Part shown: positions 9,926 to 22,938 of the stretch, piece by piece
Layout of the letters: every line of letters starts with the position of its first letter
Position numbering within the stretch: the first letter of the stretch is position 1
NCBI GenBank assembly: GCA_951406725.2
Contig: OX597814.1
Location: 202,616,001-202,680,000 of the forward strand
Length of the DNA: 64,000 nucleotides
From: Octopus vulgaris
Taxonomy: Eukaryota
Direction: 5' to 3'
Program-made: the position numbers and the translations under genes
Notes under the pieces: generated by a model
Told to the model about the DNA's origin: nothing
Database searches by the model: none
What the model saw: only the letters and a program-made list of their open reading frames with translations

Positions 9926-10915
9926 CACTGGCATGGCTGTCTGGTGAAGATGTTTAATTTGCAGCCTAGTGGTTTCAGGCCCAGTTCCATTGTATGGCAT
10001 CTTGGACAAATGTTTCTTTTTTATATAGCCCTGGGTCAACTAAAGCCATGTCAGTGAAGTTGGGATGGAAACTGAAAAGAAGCCCATTGTGTGTATGACA
10101 GTGTGTGTTAGCATGTACATATGTGTATATGTATGGTCACTTTCGAGTGCTACTGGTAACATGTAACCCAGTACAACCTGTTGCATGGTCGGGTTGTCGG
10201 CGAATAAACCAGCAACCCCACCAAGCTTGCTTGGTGAAGAGGGTGTTTATTGGACACCATGCGGGATGAAAAACAAAACCCGTCAAAGGGCGGAGGAACT
10301 CTTGCGAGTCAACGGTCATCTAATAAATGTCTTAAGGATGTATCATGTGCGGGGACATAGAAATAATCGGACTGAATACCCGATTGCGTGCTTTAACCAT
10401 TGGGAATAAAGGACTCCTAGCCTTTATTAGGGCATCCTTCTAGGAGGAGGTAACTCAGGTAACTGGGATAACACCGACATAAAACCTGCGACTCAGTGGT
10501 TACCGATGATGTTGACTTGTTCTTCTTTTTGGATTATGGCTGCTGTTGCTTAGTGAGTGGAATTGACTCAGTGCACAGCCTTTCCTCACTTTAAAGAAAA
10601 GTCTTCTTGCACAGGCATTGCATGATAACAACATTGATTAAGCTTTGTGCAATGGCCATACTCGATAACGAGGGGGCAGCCACTGTATATGTATGTACAT
10701 ATTTTGTGTGTATGTTTTATCTTGACCATTTTCAACAAATCTCATTGTCATACAAACTGTGTCATTTGTTTGCGGTCTTCTTGTTGCCAATATTCATCTA
10801 CCTTCCAGTCAGTGATATTTTCCCCAGGGTAAAATATCACTTTCATTGGAAATAGATGAAGGTTGGTGACCGGAAAAGCATCCAACCATAGAAAATCTAC
10901 CTTTAACAAAACCTT
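9926..10915 (+). mobile_element. Old SINE (A head plus RTE-like tail) interrupted by the 10135-10683 insertion
   Basis: A-type head 9926-10134; tail GGTTGGTGACCGGAAAAGCATCCAACCATAGAAAATCTACC after 10696. Confidence 0.65.
10135..10683 (+). mobile_element. Non-autonomous RTE 5'UTR-derived element with TSD
   Basis: TSD TGTATATGTATG (10124-10135 / 10684-10695). GGCATCCTTCTAGGAGGAGGTAACTC resembles the RTE 5'UTR motif GGCAACCAGTCTAGGAGAAGGAAAACTC. Confidence 0.65.
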
Positions 10916-11924
10916 GTTATCTAATAAAATATAGTTGCTGTTTGGAGTCAGTCCTGACAGAGGAGATCTGTGATTAAAGGCATTTCACCCATGGCATTTT
11001 CAACTTTTATTCAGACATTGTGTATCTAGGAGTGCATTAATCAATGTGTCCTTCTTGTGTAATAGGGAACATTTGGGTAATATTTCTAACAGGTTTGGTG
11101 ACCACATATAGCAGAAGTTGGGGAACATTTTTAACAAATTACCCACAAAATATATTTATTTATGCTGATGTTAACCCCTGATTTGAAAGAAAGAAAATCA
11201 TAGATTATTTTAATTCAAAAGGTTTATTGAATGTTTTCATATGGAGAATACAATTATAAATCTAAAAAGTATAAAAAAAAAATGTAAGAAATTAAATTAA
11301 TATCTTCATTATGAAACAAAAGGATTTTTCTAGAAACTTTTTCACTTCAGGTTTTGGAGAAATGATGTTTCATTTTTGCTACAGTTACATCAAAATTGGG
11401 GCATTTTGATGCCAGGACAATTTGGATACAGTCTTCAGGGTCCGATCAATTGCTCTGTTTTGTTTTTATGTTCATTAGAGTGGAAAATCCTTGTTTGCAA
11501 AGTAGGTTGTTGCAAAAGGCAGCAAATTTTTTATTGCATCCTCATGCCACAAGAAAAATTTCTACCGTAACAAGGAACATGGTTTTTTTTATATAATTTT
11601 ACTTATGTCTAATGAGTCTTCATTACCTCCCAGAATTTCATTTTTTTTCACCGCTTGGGGCAATTTACCCAGGTTCAAAAACCCCTGACATACAAGATCC
11701 TTCCTCATACTGAAAACATCTTGTCTGTTAAACTATAGTCTCTAGGACTGGTAGCATAATGGTCTTGCATTATTAGGAAGAATCAGATTGTAATATAAAT
11801 TTAAGAGATGAAGCTTATTGTGCTGTGAAATTAAATAGCAGCCAATGTTTTGACCATTTGTTTGCGGGAAAATGGTATAATGACATTCAATATATCAGTT
11901 TTTATTTCAAAATTACTTCAGATT

Positions 11925-12475
11925 TATCTTTCATCTTTTACTTGTTTCAGTCATTAGACTGTGGCCATGCTGGGGCACCACCTTGAACTTTAGACAAATG
12001 CATTGGCCCCAGTACTTTTTAAGCCTGATACTTATTCTATTCTGTCAGTCTCTTTTGCCACACCACTAAGTTACAAAGATGTACACACACCAACACCGTT
12101 TGCTATGCAGTGGTGGGAGACAAAGACACACACACATAGATATCATTATCATCATTGTTTAATGTCTGCCTTCCATGCTAGCATGGGTGGGATGGTACCA
12201 CAAGAGCTGGTCAGGCCGAAGCCTACACCAGACTTCTGTGACTGTTTTGGCAGGATTTTTACAGTTGGATCCCCTTTCTAACACCAACCACTCAGCAGAG
12301 TGGACTTAATGATTTTTTACATAGCACAAGCACCGGCAGGGTCATAGATATATATATGACAGGTTTCTTTCAACTTCTGTCTACCAAAGATACTTGCCCA
12401 AGATGCCATGTATGGGACTAAATCCAGAACCATGTTTTTGAGAAGCAAACTTCTTACCACATAGCCATGTCTGTG
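11925..12475 (-). mobile_element. SINE family A interrupted by a family D fragment (~12145-12345)
   Basis: Tail TTTTACTTGTTTCAGTCATTAGACTGTGGCCATGCTGG; head half at 12345-12475. Confidence 0.75.
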
Positions 12476-12742
12476 TCTTTTTTGTGTGAAAAAAAGAAAC
12501 AAGAAATACTCACAAAATTCTTCTGCTATAAAAGATACTGATTGTTGTTATTAATCAGTCCCAGGAGGGTAGTGAGTTGGCAGAAGTGTTAAGTGCATTA
12601 GACAAAATATCTTTCACTATTTCTTTTGATCCTGCCAAGGTCAACTTAGCCTTTCATCCTATCTTGGTTGATAAAATAAAGTAGCATGGAGTCATTGGTA
12701 CTGACTATGCCCCTCCCCTCTAAAATTGTTGGTTTTGTGCCT

Positions 12743-12976
12743 AAAGGTGGCGAGCTGGCAGAAACGTTAGCATGCCGGGTGAAATGCTGAGGAGTATTTC
12801 ATCTGCCGCTATGTTCTGAGTTCGAATTCCACCTAGGTCGACTTTGCCTTTCATCCTTTCGGGGTCAATTAAATAAGTACCAGTTAAGCTCTGGGGCCAA
12901 TATAATTGACTTAATCCGTTTGTCTGTCCTTGTTTGTCCTCTCTGTGTTTATCTCCTTGTGGGTAGTAAAGAAATG
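12743..12976 (+). mobile_element. SINE family B nested in an older B copy (~12566-13005)
   Basis: TSD GGTTTTGTGCCT (12731-12742 / 12977-12988). Confidence 0.9.
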
Positions 12977-13016
12977 GGTTTTGTGCCTGAATTAGAAACT
13001 ATTATTTAGCCTCAAG

Positions 13017-13107
13017 CACCAGCATAGCTAGAGTGTGTGCCGCCCCGAACCTCACAGAAAACATATTGCCTACAGCAGACCCAAAAGTGCCGCCTGCTCC
13101 ACTAGTG
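13017..13107. mobile_element. Tiny hAT-type MITE
   Basis: 8-bp TSD GCCTCAAG (13009-13016 / 13108-13115); CA...TG ends with imperfect TIR; internal GTGCCGCC repeats. Confidence 0.6.
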
Positions 13108-14539
13108 GCCTCAAGTCAGTTCTAAATGAACAAATTGATGATCAAAGATATTCCAGTTTTGACCATCCTAAATTGTCTAATGTGATAGGGACTTGATCTG
13201 AGGAGATTTGGCTGTTATTTCTAGCAGACAAAGCCTAGAATATTGATTTATATTTAGGTACGCGATAACAAGTTTATAAAGTGTGTGGGGAAAAGAAGCA
13301 ATATTTTGACATTCATAATCTTCGTGAGCATCTATGATATAAAATGAAGTGAAACAGCTCCCAACAATAATGAAAAGCACTTCATTAAACCCTCCTATGA
13401 GATCTTTGCTTCTGCTCCCCTCTTCTTGCTCTGTTATGTTTTAATCTTGAATATTAATGTCTATTGTAATTAACAATATATGTTATATTAGCAATATTTA
13501 GATTGAGCACAATTCAGCTATATAAACTAAAGAGTTATCGTCTAAAATAAATTAGAATGTATTTTTGTTTAACGAAGGCCTGAACATCAAATATATTATC
13601 TAAATTATTATTGTTCTCTTTGATAATTACTTCAACATATATTTTTAAGTTTACTATATTTTTCTGATCATAAAATATTAAATGACGTATATATGTATGT
13701 ATGTATAACTTTGTGTTATTCTTTCAATATATTGCTAACTAGAAAATAAAAAAAAAGATATAATGTAGAATGGTTGTATAACTAATGTTTATATTCTTAA
13801 CTTTGAGTTTAATTGAAAATGAAACTATAAAGCCTCTTTCTAATAAATGTAATTACATCCCCCCTCCCCACTTTTTTGATATTTTTAATTTTGGTAAATA
13901 AACAAATTTAAGTTTATTAATTCTAAACTGCTTCTTTCATATGAAATTTGTCTTTCTCATAAACCATAAGTCTACCAAAGTCCTGCATCCAGGGAAATAT
14001 TGTTTATGCAAATGGAATCTAAACGACTTAAATTAAACCATTTCACGAACATAGAATATCATTATTGCCGCCATCACTTGGCATCTGTTTATTGATTCTG
14101 GCAATTTTTGGTTGGGTCCACAGCAAAGCAAAATGGCCGAGTTGTTTCATAATTGGTTCGAAGGTTTTGTAGTATTTATTATTTCCAACAATCTGTCCTC
14201 TGAGTTCTAATCCTGTCAAGATCAAATTTTGCTTTCCATTCTTTCTGAGTTGATTAAAAAGTACTTACCCAGGGTGTTGGATTAGCAGAATCGTTACAGG
14301 GTCAGGTGAGATACCTTGCAGTATCACTTCTTGGCATTTGAATAATCATAGTAACACCTGCAATGATATTGGGGCCAGGCTGTATCAGCAGATTCCACTC
14401 TGTTGCAAGTAATTCAGGCCCAGTCTGCTATTTGAGGATGCCATTTTCTGTTCCTTCTTCTGTCTTAGAGGACTTATAAAGAGTCATGGGTCATCCATTC
14501 CTTCTTGAGGAGTGGGGAGGTCTGTCATGAGCCCTAGGA

Positions 14540-14790
14540 TTCATAGGGTTGGAGCTCAGTCTAGTTTCCATGTTGAATAAGTAACTGGGATTACAACACT
14601 CCCTTTTGAAAGTTGCCAGGTTAACTCCCCAGTTAATTGCTGGAGTTTGTTTACAGCTGAGTGGACTGGAGCAAGGTAAAATGAGGTGATTTGCTCATGA
14701 ACACAATGTGTCACCCACTCCAAGAATTGAAACCACGACCTTATGATCATGTATGTGACACCTTAATCACTAGGCTATACACCTTCCCTC
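14540..14790 (-). mobile_element. Old SINE with F-type (CORE-like) head; related copy at 48535-48790 (+)
   Basis: CAGCTGAGTGGACTGGAGCAA...TTGCTCATGAACACAA block plus tRNA-like head. Confidence 0.6.
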
Positions 14791-16242
14791 TTAACTAAGC
14801 ACTAATAATAATGTGTTTCCTCTCAGACACCAGGTGTAATACACTTGCATCACACATTCATATTAACGCAACTGGCTCACCTCTACAGAATTGTTAGCGC
14901 ACAAGACAATATGCTTAGTGGCTTTTCCTCTGTCATTTATAAAGTTCAACACCTGCCAAAGTCAACTTTACTTTTCGTCTGTTCAGGTTTGATAAAATAA
15001 AGTACCAGTTATGCACTGGGGCCAATGTAAGTGACTTACTCCCTTCCCCCATACTTGTCAGTCTTATGCCAAAATTTGAGACCAGTAATAACTATACATT
15101 CTCTCTGAGATTACTTGTGGTCAGCCTTGCATGCAATTGCTCTTTACACATCCAGCAAACCCTATTAAACATATTTCTCTGCCGCTTTCATTGCCATACA
15201 AGCATGTCTCGTTATCATACATGCATCATGCTCTTTACGCATGTTTCACATGGGAAATAATTAGTCAACATAGAGAAACAAAGTTGCAATAAGATTAATT
15301 GGTGAATCTAATTTATTACTGTTCCTTGAACATGACAACATCCTATGTCATTATGTTTCGAAGTGGCTCATTATTTTTAAATTGCTCAGAGAAAAATCTT
15401 TATTTTTTTTTTTATTCCATTCATCGAAGTTAGTTGACATGAAACATTACCGGGGGATCAATTAAGTAAATATGTTCATAAGTAATAAAAAAATAAAATA
15501 TTTCCGATTATTATTTTTGTTCTCTTCTATATTCGATTTTTCAGTTGTAGTCTTTTATGTTAATCCTTAAAGCTAATGGGTAAATATAATATTAGATCTT
15601 GGCTCTGATGCCTCTTATCAATAGATTTTCACAGCTTTCTTTTCAAGTTATGTTTTTTTTTTTTTAAATAAACGGATTTTAAAAGCCATGGGGTTTCAGT
15701 GTAATAAACATTCATCTTTCATAAATTGCCAAAACGATTCAGTCAATTATTTGTTCCCCCTCTTTATGTTTACATAAACACCATTTGTTATCCAAATACA
15801 AAAGACTATCAAAAAGAAGGGTGTCATTTTATGAAAACACCAACAGGGATATATTTTACAAACTGTCTGTTTTTATAGATTGCTGCCTAATTACTCCAGT
15901 CACATAAATGTGGCAATGTTTTAAATTAATGGGTAATGGATTGGCAGTTTCATTCTTTGCATATTTGCATATAGCTTTGTATAGTCTGAGTTCAAATTCA
16001 ACTTAGGTTAGCTAATCTTTTTACCTTTCTGGTGTCAGTAAAATAAATACCTGTTCAATACTGAAGTTGAGATCTCAATTATATCCAACCCCTGAGACTT
16101 GTGGCCTATGTAAGAAATTTAATATTTGATCTTACTGGCATTGGACTCACGGAATTGTTAGTCAGACTAAAAACTGACCCAGTGTGTTTACACCTTTCTG
16201 CCTACAAAATATAGTGGATGGCTTTCTTATGGTTTCAAATAT

Positions 16243-16696
16243 ACCTATTTCTTTACTACCCACAAGGGGATAAACACAGAGAGGACAAACGGATTAAGTC
16301 GATTATATCGACCCCAGTGCGTAACTGGTACTTATTTAATCGACCCCGAAAGGATGGAAGGCAAAGTCAACCTCAGCGGAATTTGAACTCAGAACGTAGC
16401 GGCAGATGAAATACTTATTTCTTTATTACCCACATGGGGCTAAACACAGAGAGGACAAACAAGGACAGACATAGGTATTAAGTAGATTACATCGACCCCA
16501 GTGCGTAACTGGTACTTAATTTATCGACCCCGAAAGGATGAAAGGCAAAGTCGACCTCGGCGGAATTCGAACTCACAACGTAACGCAGACAAAATACCGC
16601 TAAGCATTTCGCCCGGTGTGCTAACGTTTCTGCCAGCTCGCCGATACTGCTAAGCATTTCACCCAGTGTGCTAACAATTCTGCCAGCTCGCCACCC
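16243..16696 (-). mobile_element. SINE family B with a second B copy (~16416-16643) nested inside
   Basis: Outer TSD TATGGTTTCAAATATACCT (16228-16246 / 16697-16715); inner copy flanked by ATACT. Confidence 0.9.
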
Positions 16697-17794
16697 TATG
16701 GTTTCAAATATACCTCAAGCATATTTGAATGAATTTGTATTTATACACAATACTACTTAGTAACACATCACTGCTTGGCAACAATACACAGCACTGCTTA
16801 GTGTTGTTACCCCTTAAATACTTTGTGTATTTAATCATGGTCCTTTACATTTTAAATCTTGCCAGTAAATACTAGGATCAATAAAATATGACCCACTCCA
16901 AAAGGTGTAACCTTGTATTGATATTAAATCATTAATTAAACTATCGAGCATGCAATTTGTTATCTTCCCACTGAAACTGTCAAACTTTCTACTTTATGCC
17001 AGAATTGCAGGGATTATTCAAAGAGTTATGGACCCATTGTTGCTATTTTTTTTTTGCTTCTTTGGGATAGTGTCTATGACCTGTACAAAAACCTTCTAGG
17101 CTGATGAAATTGATGCCATTAGTGTTTTCCTTAAACATTTATAGGTTAATAACCTCCGGGAAAGATATGTTCCGAGGGAGGAAATTCCAGAGCCAATGTT
17201 CTATGAAGGAAGTATTGGATATAATGATTAGTGTAGGGCCTGAGGAGTTAAACACAACATTGGAGTACATCATTAGATAGATTTTAATTAGGTTGTATGT
17301 AAGTGCTATATTCCATTTTTCTTTAACATTTATGAAAAAAATCAACAGATTTTTACTTTCATGCTAAATGTGTGAATCTTTTCTGTTCTTCCACATCCTC
17401 TTCTTCTTCTTCTTCATCATCATCATTATTATGTCTGCTTTCCCATGTTTTAATGGGTCACATGAAATTCACTGAAGCAAATTTTCTGTGGCTGGACAAC
17501 CTTCTGACCATCAAGCCTCACTACTTACAAGCAAGGTGATATTTCCCTTATTTCCCTAAGCTTTCAAACATGGAAAGACTGATGGCTGGACAGCTTTGTA
17601 AACAACACTGTAAACAAAAGACACCATTTGTGTGTGTGTGCAGTGGTTTTGTTTACATTCAGTGTGTGATATCAAAACAAGGAGACACACACACACACAC
17701 ACACAAAGATAATCTTCTGCTTTTCCTGTATCAAATTCACTCACAAACTTTTAGTTGGCCCAGTACTGAACTCAAAACTCGGTGATTGTCAAAA

Positions 17795-18370
17795 CATCAC
17801 CATCATCGTTTAACATCCGCTTTCCATGCTGGCATGGGTTGGACAGTTTGACTGAGGGCTGGCAAACCAGTGGCTTCACCAGGCTCCAATCCAATCTGGC
17901 AATGTTTCTACAGCTGGATGCCTTTCCTAATGCCAACCACTCCAAGAGTGTAGTGGGTACTTTTTACATGCTACCAGCATGAGGGCCAGTCAGGCTGTAG
18001 TGACATCAGCCATGCTTGAATAGTGCTTTTTACGTGCCACCGGCTCAGGAGCCAGTCAGGTGGCACTGGCAACGACCATGCTTGAATGGTGCTTTTTACA
18101 TGTCACTGGCACAGGAGCCAGTCAGGTGGCACTGTTATCAACCTCGCTCGAATGATGCTTTTTATGTGCCACCAGCACAGGTGCCAATCAAGTGATACTG
18201 TCATCAGCACAACAAAGACTTCACTTATCTTAACAGGTCTTCGCGAGCGCAGTTTATTGCCCAATGATTGAAGAGTACTCTTAAATGGGCTGGTTATGCT
18301 GCATGGTTACAGTTTCACTTGACTTGCCAAATCTTCTCAAGCACAGCATATCTCCAAAGGTCTCAGTGAA
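17795..18370 (-). mobile_element. RTE-LINE 3' end (family D), 4 units plus ORF terminus
   Basis: Conserved D blocks; GCACAGCATATCTCCAAAGGTCTCAGT is the ORF-end (DRDLW) region on the minus strand. Confidence 0.85.
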
Positions 18371-18456
18371 CTTAAACCACTAAGCCTGTATCTGTCTGTC
18401 TTTCTTTAGTAAATGATATTGATTTTTTTTTTTTACCTGTCACAGCATCTGCAATC

Positions 18457-18667
18457 TTTCATCTTTTACGTACACACTTCAGTCATTGGACTGTGGCCAT
18501 CCTGAGGTACCACCTTAAAGACCTCAGTCAAACAAAGTGATCCCAGCACATGTTTTTAAACTCTTATTCTAAGCTAAGTACTTAGTCTTGTGATCTGTAT
18601 TTATGTCCCTGCTAAGTTACAGGGACATAAACAAACCAGCCCCAGTTGTCAAGCTGTGATGGCAGAT

Positions 18668-18716
<49 letters not shown>

Positions 18717-18856
18717 TATATGATGAGATTCCACACAGTTTCTGTCTGCTGAATTTTCTCATAAGCCATTGGTTGGCCCTCAGGTATAGTAGAAAACCCT
18801 TTACCTTGAATTCCATTTTTGGGATTTGAACCCCAAACCATTCAGCTGCAAAGCAA
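18457..18856 (-). mobile_element. SINE family A (diverged)
   Basis: Tail, internal (CA)n and head colinear with 57401-57840. Confidence 0.75.
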
Positions 18857-20029
18857 GTAATATTAAAGTGTAAATTAGATTTTATGTAATCACAGCATAA
18901 ATATACGAATTAGTTTGCTTTTTTCTTCTATTTTTATAATTGCCATATTAGGAATGATTGTGTTCATGACATTTGCAGACTGTCACAGGCAGAGAAATAT
19001 ACGATGTCATTAATATTGTTTTGTTACTTTTTTATATCCTAATTTATGAACAATACCATCATCATCATCAGCATCAGCATTTAACGAGTTTTCTGTGCTG
19101 ACATGGGTTCGACTGTTCGCAGAAGCTGGTGAGCCAGAGGACTGTTCCTATCCTCATTGTCTGCTTTGGCATGGTTTATACAGCTGGATGCCTTTTCTAA
19201 CACCAACCACTTTACAGAGTGTACTCGGTGCTTTTTATGTGGCACCTCCACTAGTGAGGTCACGAAGTAACTTGTTAGACAAGGCCCTGCAACAAAGTGG
19301 GTGTGTAGTATTTAGGGAGATGGATTTTTGCCAGTAGATGAGAAGTTAAAGTACGATAGAGGTACAGGATTAGGTACCTTGCTGCAGGTGAGACGTATGG
19401 CTACTCTTGTAGGAACAGAAAGAGGGTGATGGTGACGTGTCATGGAATACTCTCAAGTTACATTATGGAGGAGGGAATGGAGACTTTGAGACCTGAAGAG
19501 TGACATTGGGGACCGGAAGCTAGGGGAAGTGACATCATGTCAAGAAGTAGGGTATTTGAATAGCATCTTTCTTCATAGGAACAGATATGTGGAAGCGATT
19601 TTAGGAAGGAGAGCATTTTCTGGCCAGAGATTGGGGTAGTGTACACATATGAGTACAATTCAATTCTGCTGGTTCTTGTGATGCAAAGCTGGATAATCTG
19701 CTAAGATTTCACCCCAAAGTAAGAGCATCCTTATTTTTGGCTTTTCCTTCTACAGGAAGGTGAATATAAGTGAAGAGGTATAGGTGGTAAGTTCACAGGA
19801 GTGTGAGAGGTGAGTGGAAGATGGATAGAGATGGGATTGAGAGAAATACAGTGTGTAATGAACATGGGTGGAAACATGGCCGGTTACTGGTCTCTTACAA
19901 GCCTATCATTGGGTCACTGGATTTATGGTGGTGAGGGTGACAAAGGGGTGTCTGGAAACTGGTTGATTATATGGAAAAAGCATGAATTTAGTAAGCAGAA
20001 AATGCAGAAAGCCTATTTTTACAAATAAA

Positions 20030-20420
20030 AGTTATTTGTTTCAGTCATTAGATTGCAGCCATGCACCACCTTGAAGAATTTTACTCCAACGAATTGGCCC
20101 CAACAGCTATTTCTTTTTAAGCCAGGTGCTTATTCTATTAGTCTCTTTTGCTGAATCACTAAGTCACACAGATGTAAACTCACTAACTCCAGTCATCAAT
20201 TGGTAGTGAGGTGACAAACACAGGTGCAAAAACATATACACACAGACACCTAGATATGGCAGGCTTCTTTCAGTTTCTGTCTACCAAATTCACACACAAG
20301 GTTTTGGTCAGCCTGAGGCTATTGTAGAATACACTTGCTCAAGGTGCCTTGCAGAGGAACTGAACCCCAAACCATGTGGTTGTGAAGCAAACTTCTTACC
20401 AGATAGTCATGCCTGCACCT
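20030..20420 (-). mobile_element. SINE family A
   Basis: Colinear with 57401-57840. Confidence 0.8.
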
Positions 20421-21184
20421 GTTTGATATTCCATGTTTGTCACCATTTAAGCTACATGGTGATGATATTAACACACCTTATTGGCATTATGATTGTTCAT
20501 TTTGCACTTTGAAAGACCTCTGAGAACTCCCAAGCTATTGGTCAACTCAAGGTTATAGTAGAAGACCGCTATGGTGTCATGGCATGCTGTGGTATTGAAC
20601 CTAGAACCATGTAGTCTCAAAGTCAACTTCTTAACCACGCAACCACAGCTGCATCCTTCTATAACTTATTCTCTATAAATTCCAAAAGATAGTTAAGACA
20701 CATCAAACACAAAATGATCCCAATTTTTAGGTCTTCATCTGTTTAATAACTTAATAGGTCTAAATTTTACTAGAAATTAATTTATAGATTGACCATTTCC
20801 ATTTTCAAAGGAAAAAGAAGAGAGAGAGAGAGATGGTGCTTCCATCTTCTCAGAACTCTGCCACAAATTAACCATCTGATAATATTCCTTCATTTCTCTG
20901 AACTCTTTGATGCAGAATATTAAATTGACTCTCTGCTGCATTTCATCTGAGTGCTTCTGAAAGCTATATTTCTATTGAAAGTAAAAGTTTCAAGAATTAA
21001 ACCTGAGTTTCTCTGCTTCCAATAATTTCAGCAAATGGTATCTGATGTACTTCTGGCACTTATTTAAATTTTCTTTACTTGTCCTTTAATATATCACTGT
21101 ATTGTCTTTGTTTCATATGTCATCCAAGTCAGATATATTTCTTTTGAGATAATCCAATATTTCTGGTATGTAAGCCATTTAATT

Positions 21185-21537
21185 GATGATGATGATGACC
21201 CCCTTCGGTCAGACACTGACCATGGGTTTGCACCTAGAGAGTTACCCTCTGAGGCACAAGTCTGGGCAAGGTTGTTTTATGGAAGACCAGCAGTTGCCCA
21301 TGCATACCAGCCTCCCCTCTCCACGTCACCGATGTTGTCCAAGGAAAAGGTAAAGGGGCTGATACAGCTTGACACCTGTGATGTCGCAACTCATTTCTAC
21401 AGCTGAGTGAACTGGAGCAACGTGAAATAAAGTGTCTTGCTCAAGAACACAACACGCAGCCCGGTCCGGGATTCGAGCTCACAACCTCACGATCGTAAGC
21501 TCGATGCTCTAACAACTGAGCCACGCGCCTTCATTTA
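21185..21537 (-). mobile_element. tRNA-derived SINE, family F (CORE-like), full length
   Basis: TSD AAGCCATTTAATT (21172-21184 / 21538-21550); box A/B-like head GGCGCGTGGCTCAGTTGTTAG...GCTCGAATCCC; (CAT)n tail. Confidence 0.9.
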
Positions 21538-22375
21538 AAGCCATTTAATTAGCCTATTAATTATTTGCTTTATTAATCTATGTAAATTAATGCCTTTGCA
21601 GTGAAATAAAATTTTGGAGACTAGTACCTTACCCAAAGTCACCAAAATGTAAGGAGACAAATTCATGACTAAACCAACAAGCCGAAGACTCAGCTATTGC
21701 AATCATTACGAAATAAATGATAACATATTTCATAATAGAGGAGCGTGATAATGTTGATTTATCCATATTCGCCTGTATCGTGAAGAGTTAAAACAGTGCT
21801 GAACAGAGTTTGAAACTAAAGGCAAGGGAGACAAATCAAATGAATAACGAAGAGAGAACATTTAAAGCAATTTCTTCTTGCATGATTAATATCTGACAAA
21901 ACAATCATGCGAAGAGAATAAGTCAAATATGGTCCTTTCATGTGCAATATGGTAATTTAAGAGATAGAACAAAAAAATGAGTGAACATCAGAAACATTAA
22001 TCATTTTATATAAGCAATGTGCTAATATTTGTATGGTCATGTAAATACGAGGTGTAGGAATAAACATCATCTAACATCTACCGTCATGTGTTATCCTTTC
22101 AAGTACTTCCAGTGATTTATTTTCAGACATGCATTCCATAATTTCACACTTGTTCTCTATTTCACTATTTCCTTTACATTCAGACACACCAAAAGACAGG
22201 AGTACCAGCTTTCAGAGTTTTAGCTGATTATATCAATACCATTTATTAGACTGGTTCTTGTGCCTTGCTTCTTTTGCAATACATACTGTGAGGTGGATCT
22301 TGGCACAAAAGAAGATAGCTCAGTTGTAGTTGAAATCCTGTTGGATTGCAGTGATTTTCACTTCATGCTGATATA

Positions 22376-22607
22376 TATTTCTTTACTACCCACAAGGGGC
22401 TAAAATCAGAGGGGACAAACAAGGACAGACAAACGGATTAAGTTGATTACATCGACCCCAGTGTGTAACTGGTATTTAATTTATGGACCCCAAAAGGATG
22501 AAAGGCAAAGTCGACCTCGGCAGAAATTGAACCCAGAATGTAATGGCAGACAAAATACGGCTACGCATTTCGCCCAGCGTGCTAACGTTTCTGCCTGCTC
22601 ACCGCCT
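22376..22607 (-). mobile_element. SINE family B
   Basis: TSD TTCAT(G/A)CTGATATA (22362-22375 / 22608-22621). Confidence 0.9.
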
Positions 22608-22621
22608 TTCATACTGATATA

Positions 22622-22915
22622 ACTGGCATCTGTTGGTTATGATGATGGGGGTTCTAGTTGATCTGATCAACAGAACAGCTTGCTTGAGGAATTAATCTGT
22701 ACAACTGGCTGAACACTTCACAGACACATGCACTCTTAGCATAGTTCTTAGGGAGGTTCAGCATGACAAAGGATGTGACAAGGCTGGTACAACTCATTTT
22801 TGCCAGCTGAGTAGACTGGAGCAACGTGAAATAAAGTGTCTTACTCAAGAACACAAGGCACTGCCTGGAATTGAACCCATGACCTTATGATTCTGAGCTA
22901 AATATCTTAATCCCT
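22622..22915 (-). mobile_element. Hybrid SINE, F head plus C tail
   Basis: Head half matches 21185-21537; tail half matches 22939-23110. Confidence 0.75.
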
Positions 22916-22938
22916 TCACTTACTCTAATATAAAGACA

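Noticed and set aside
15540-15640. Possible mitochondrial insertion (NUMT), also 37400-37520
   Set aside because: Only AT-richness; no recognisable mitochondrial gene or rRNA motif.
17099-17140. CTGATGA hammerhead seed (also 9422, 19493, 48872 minus)
   Set aside because: No stem II, GAAA and stem III arrangement follows.
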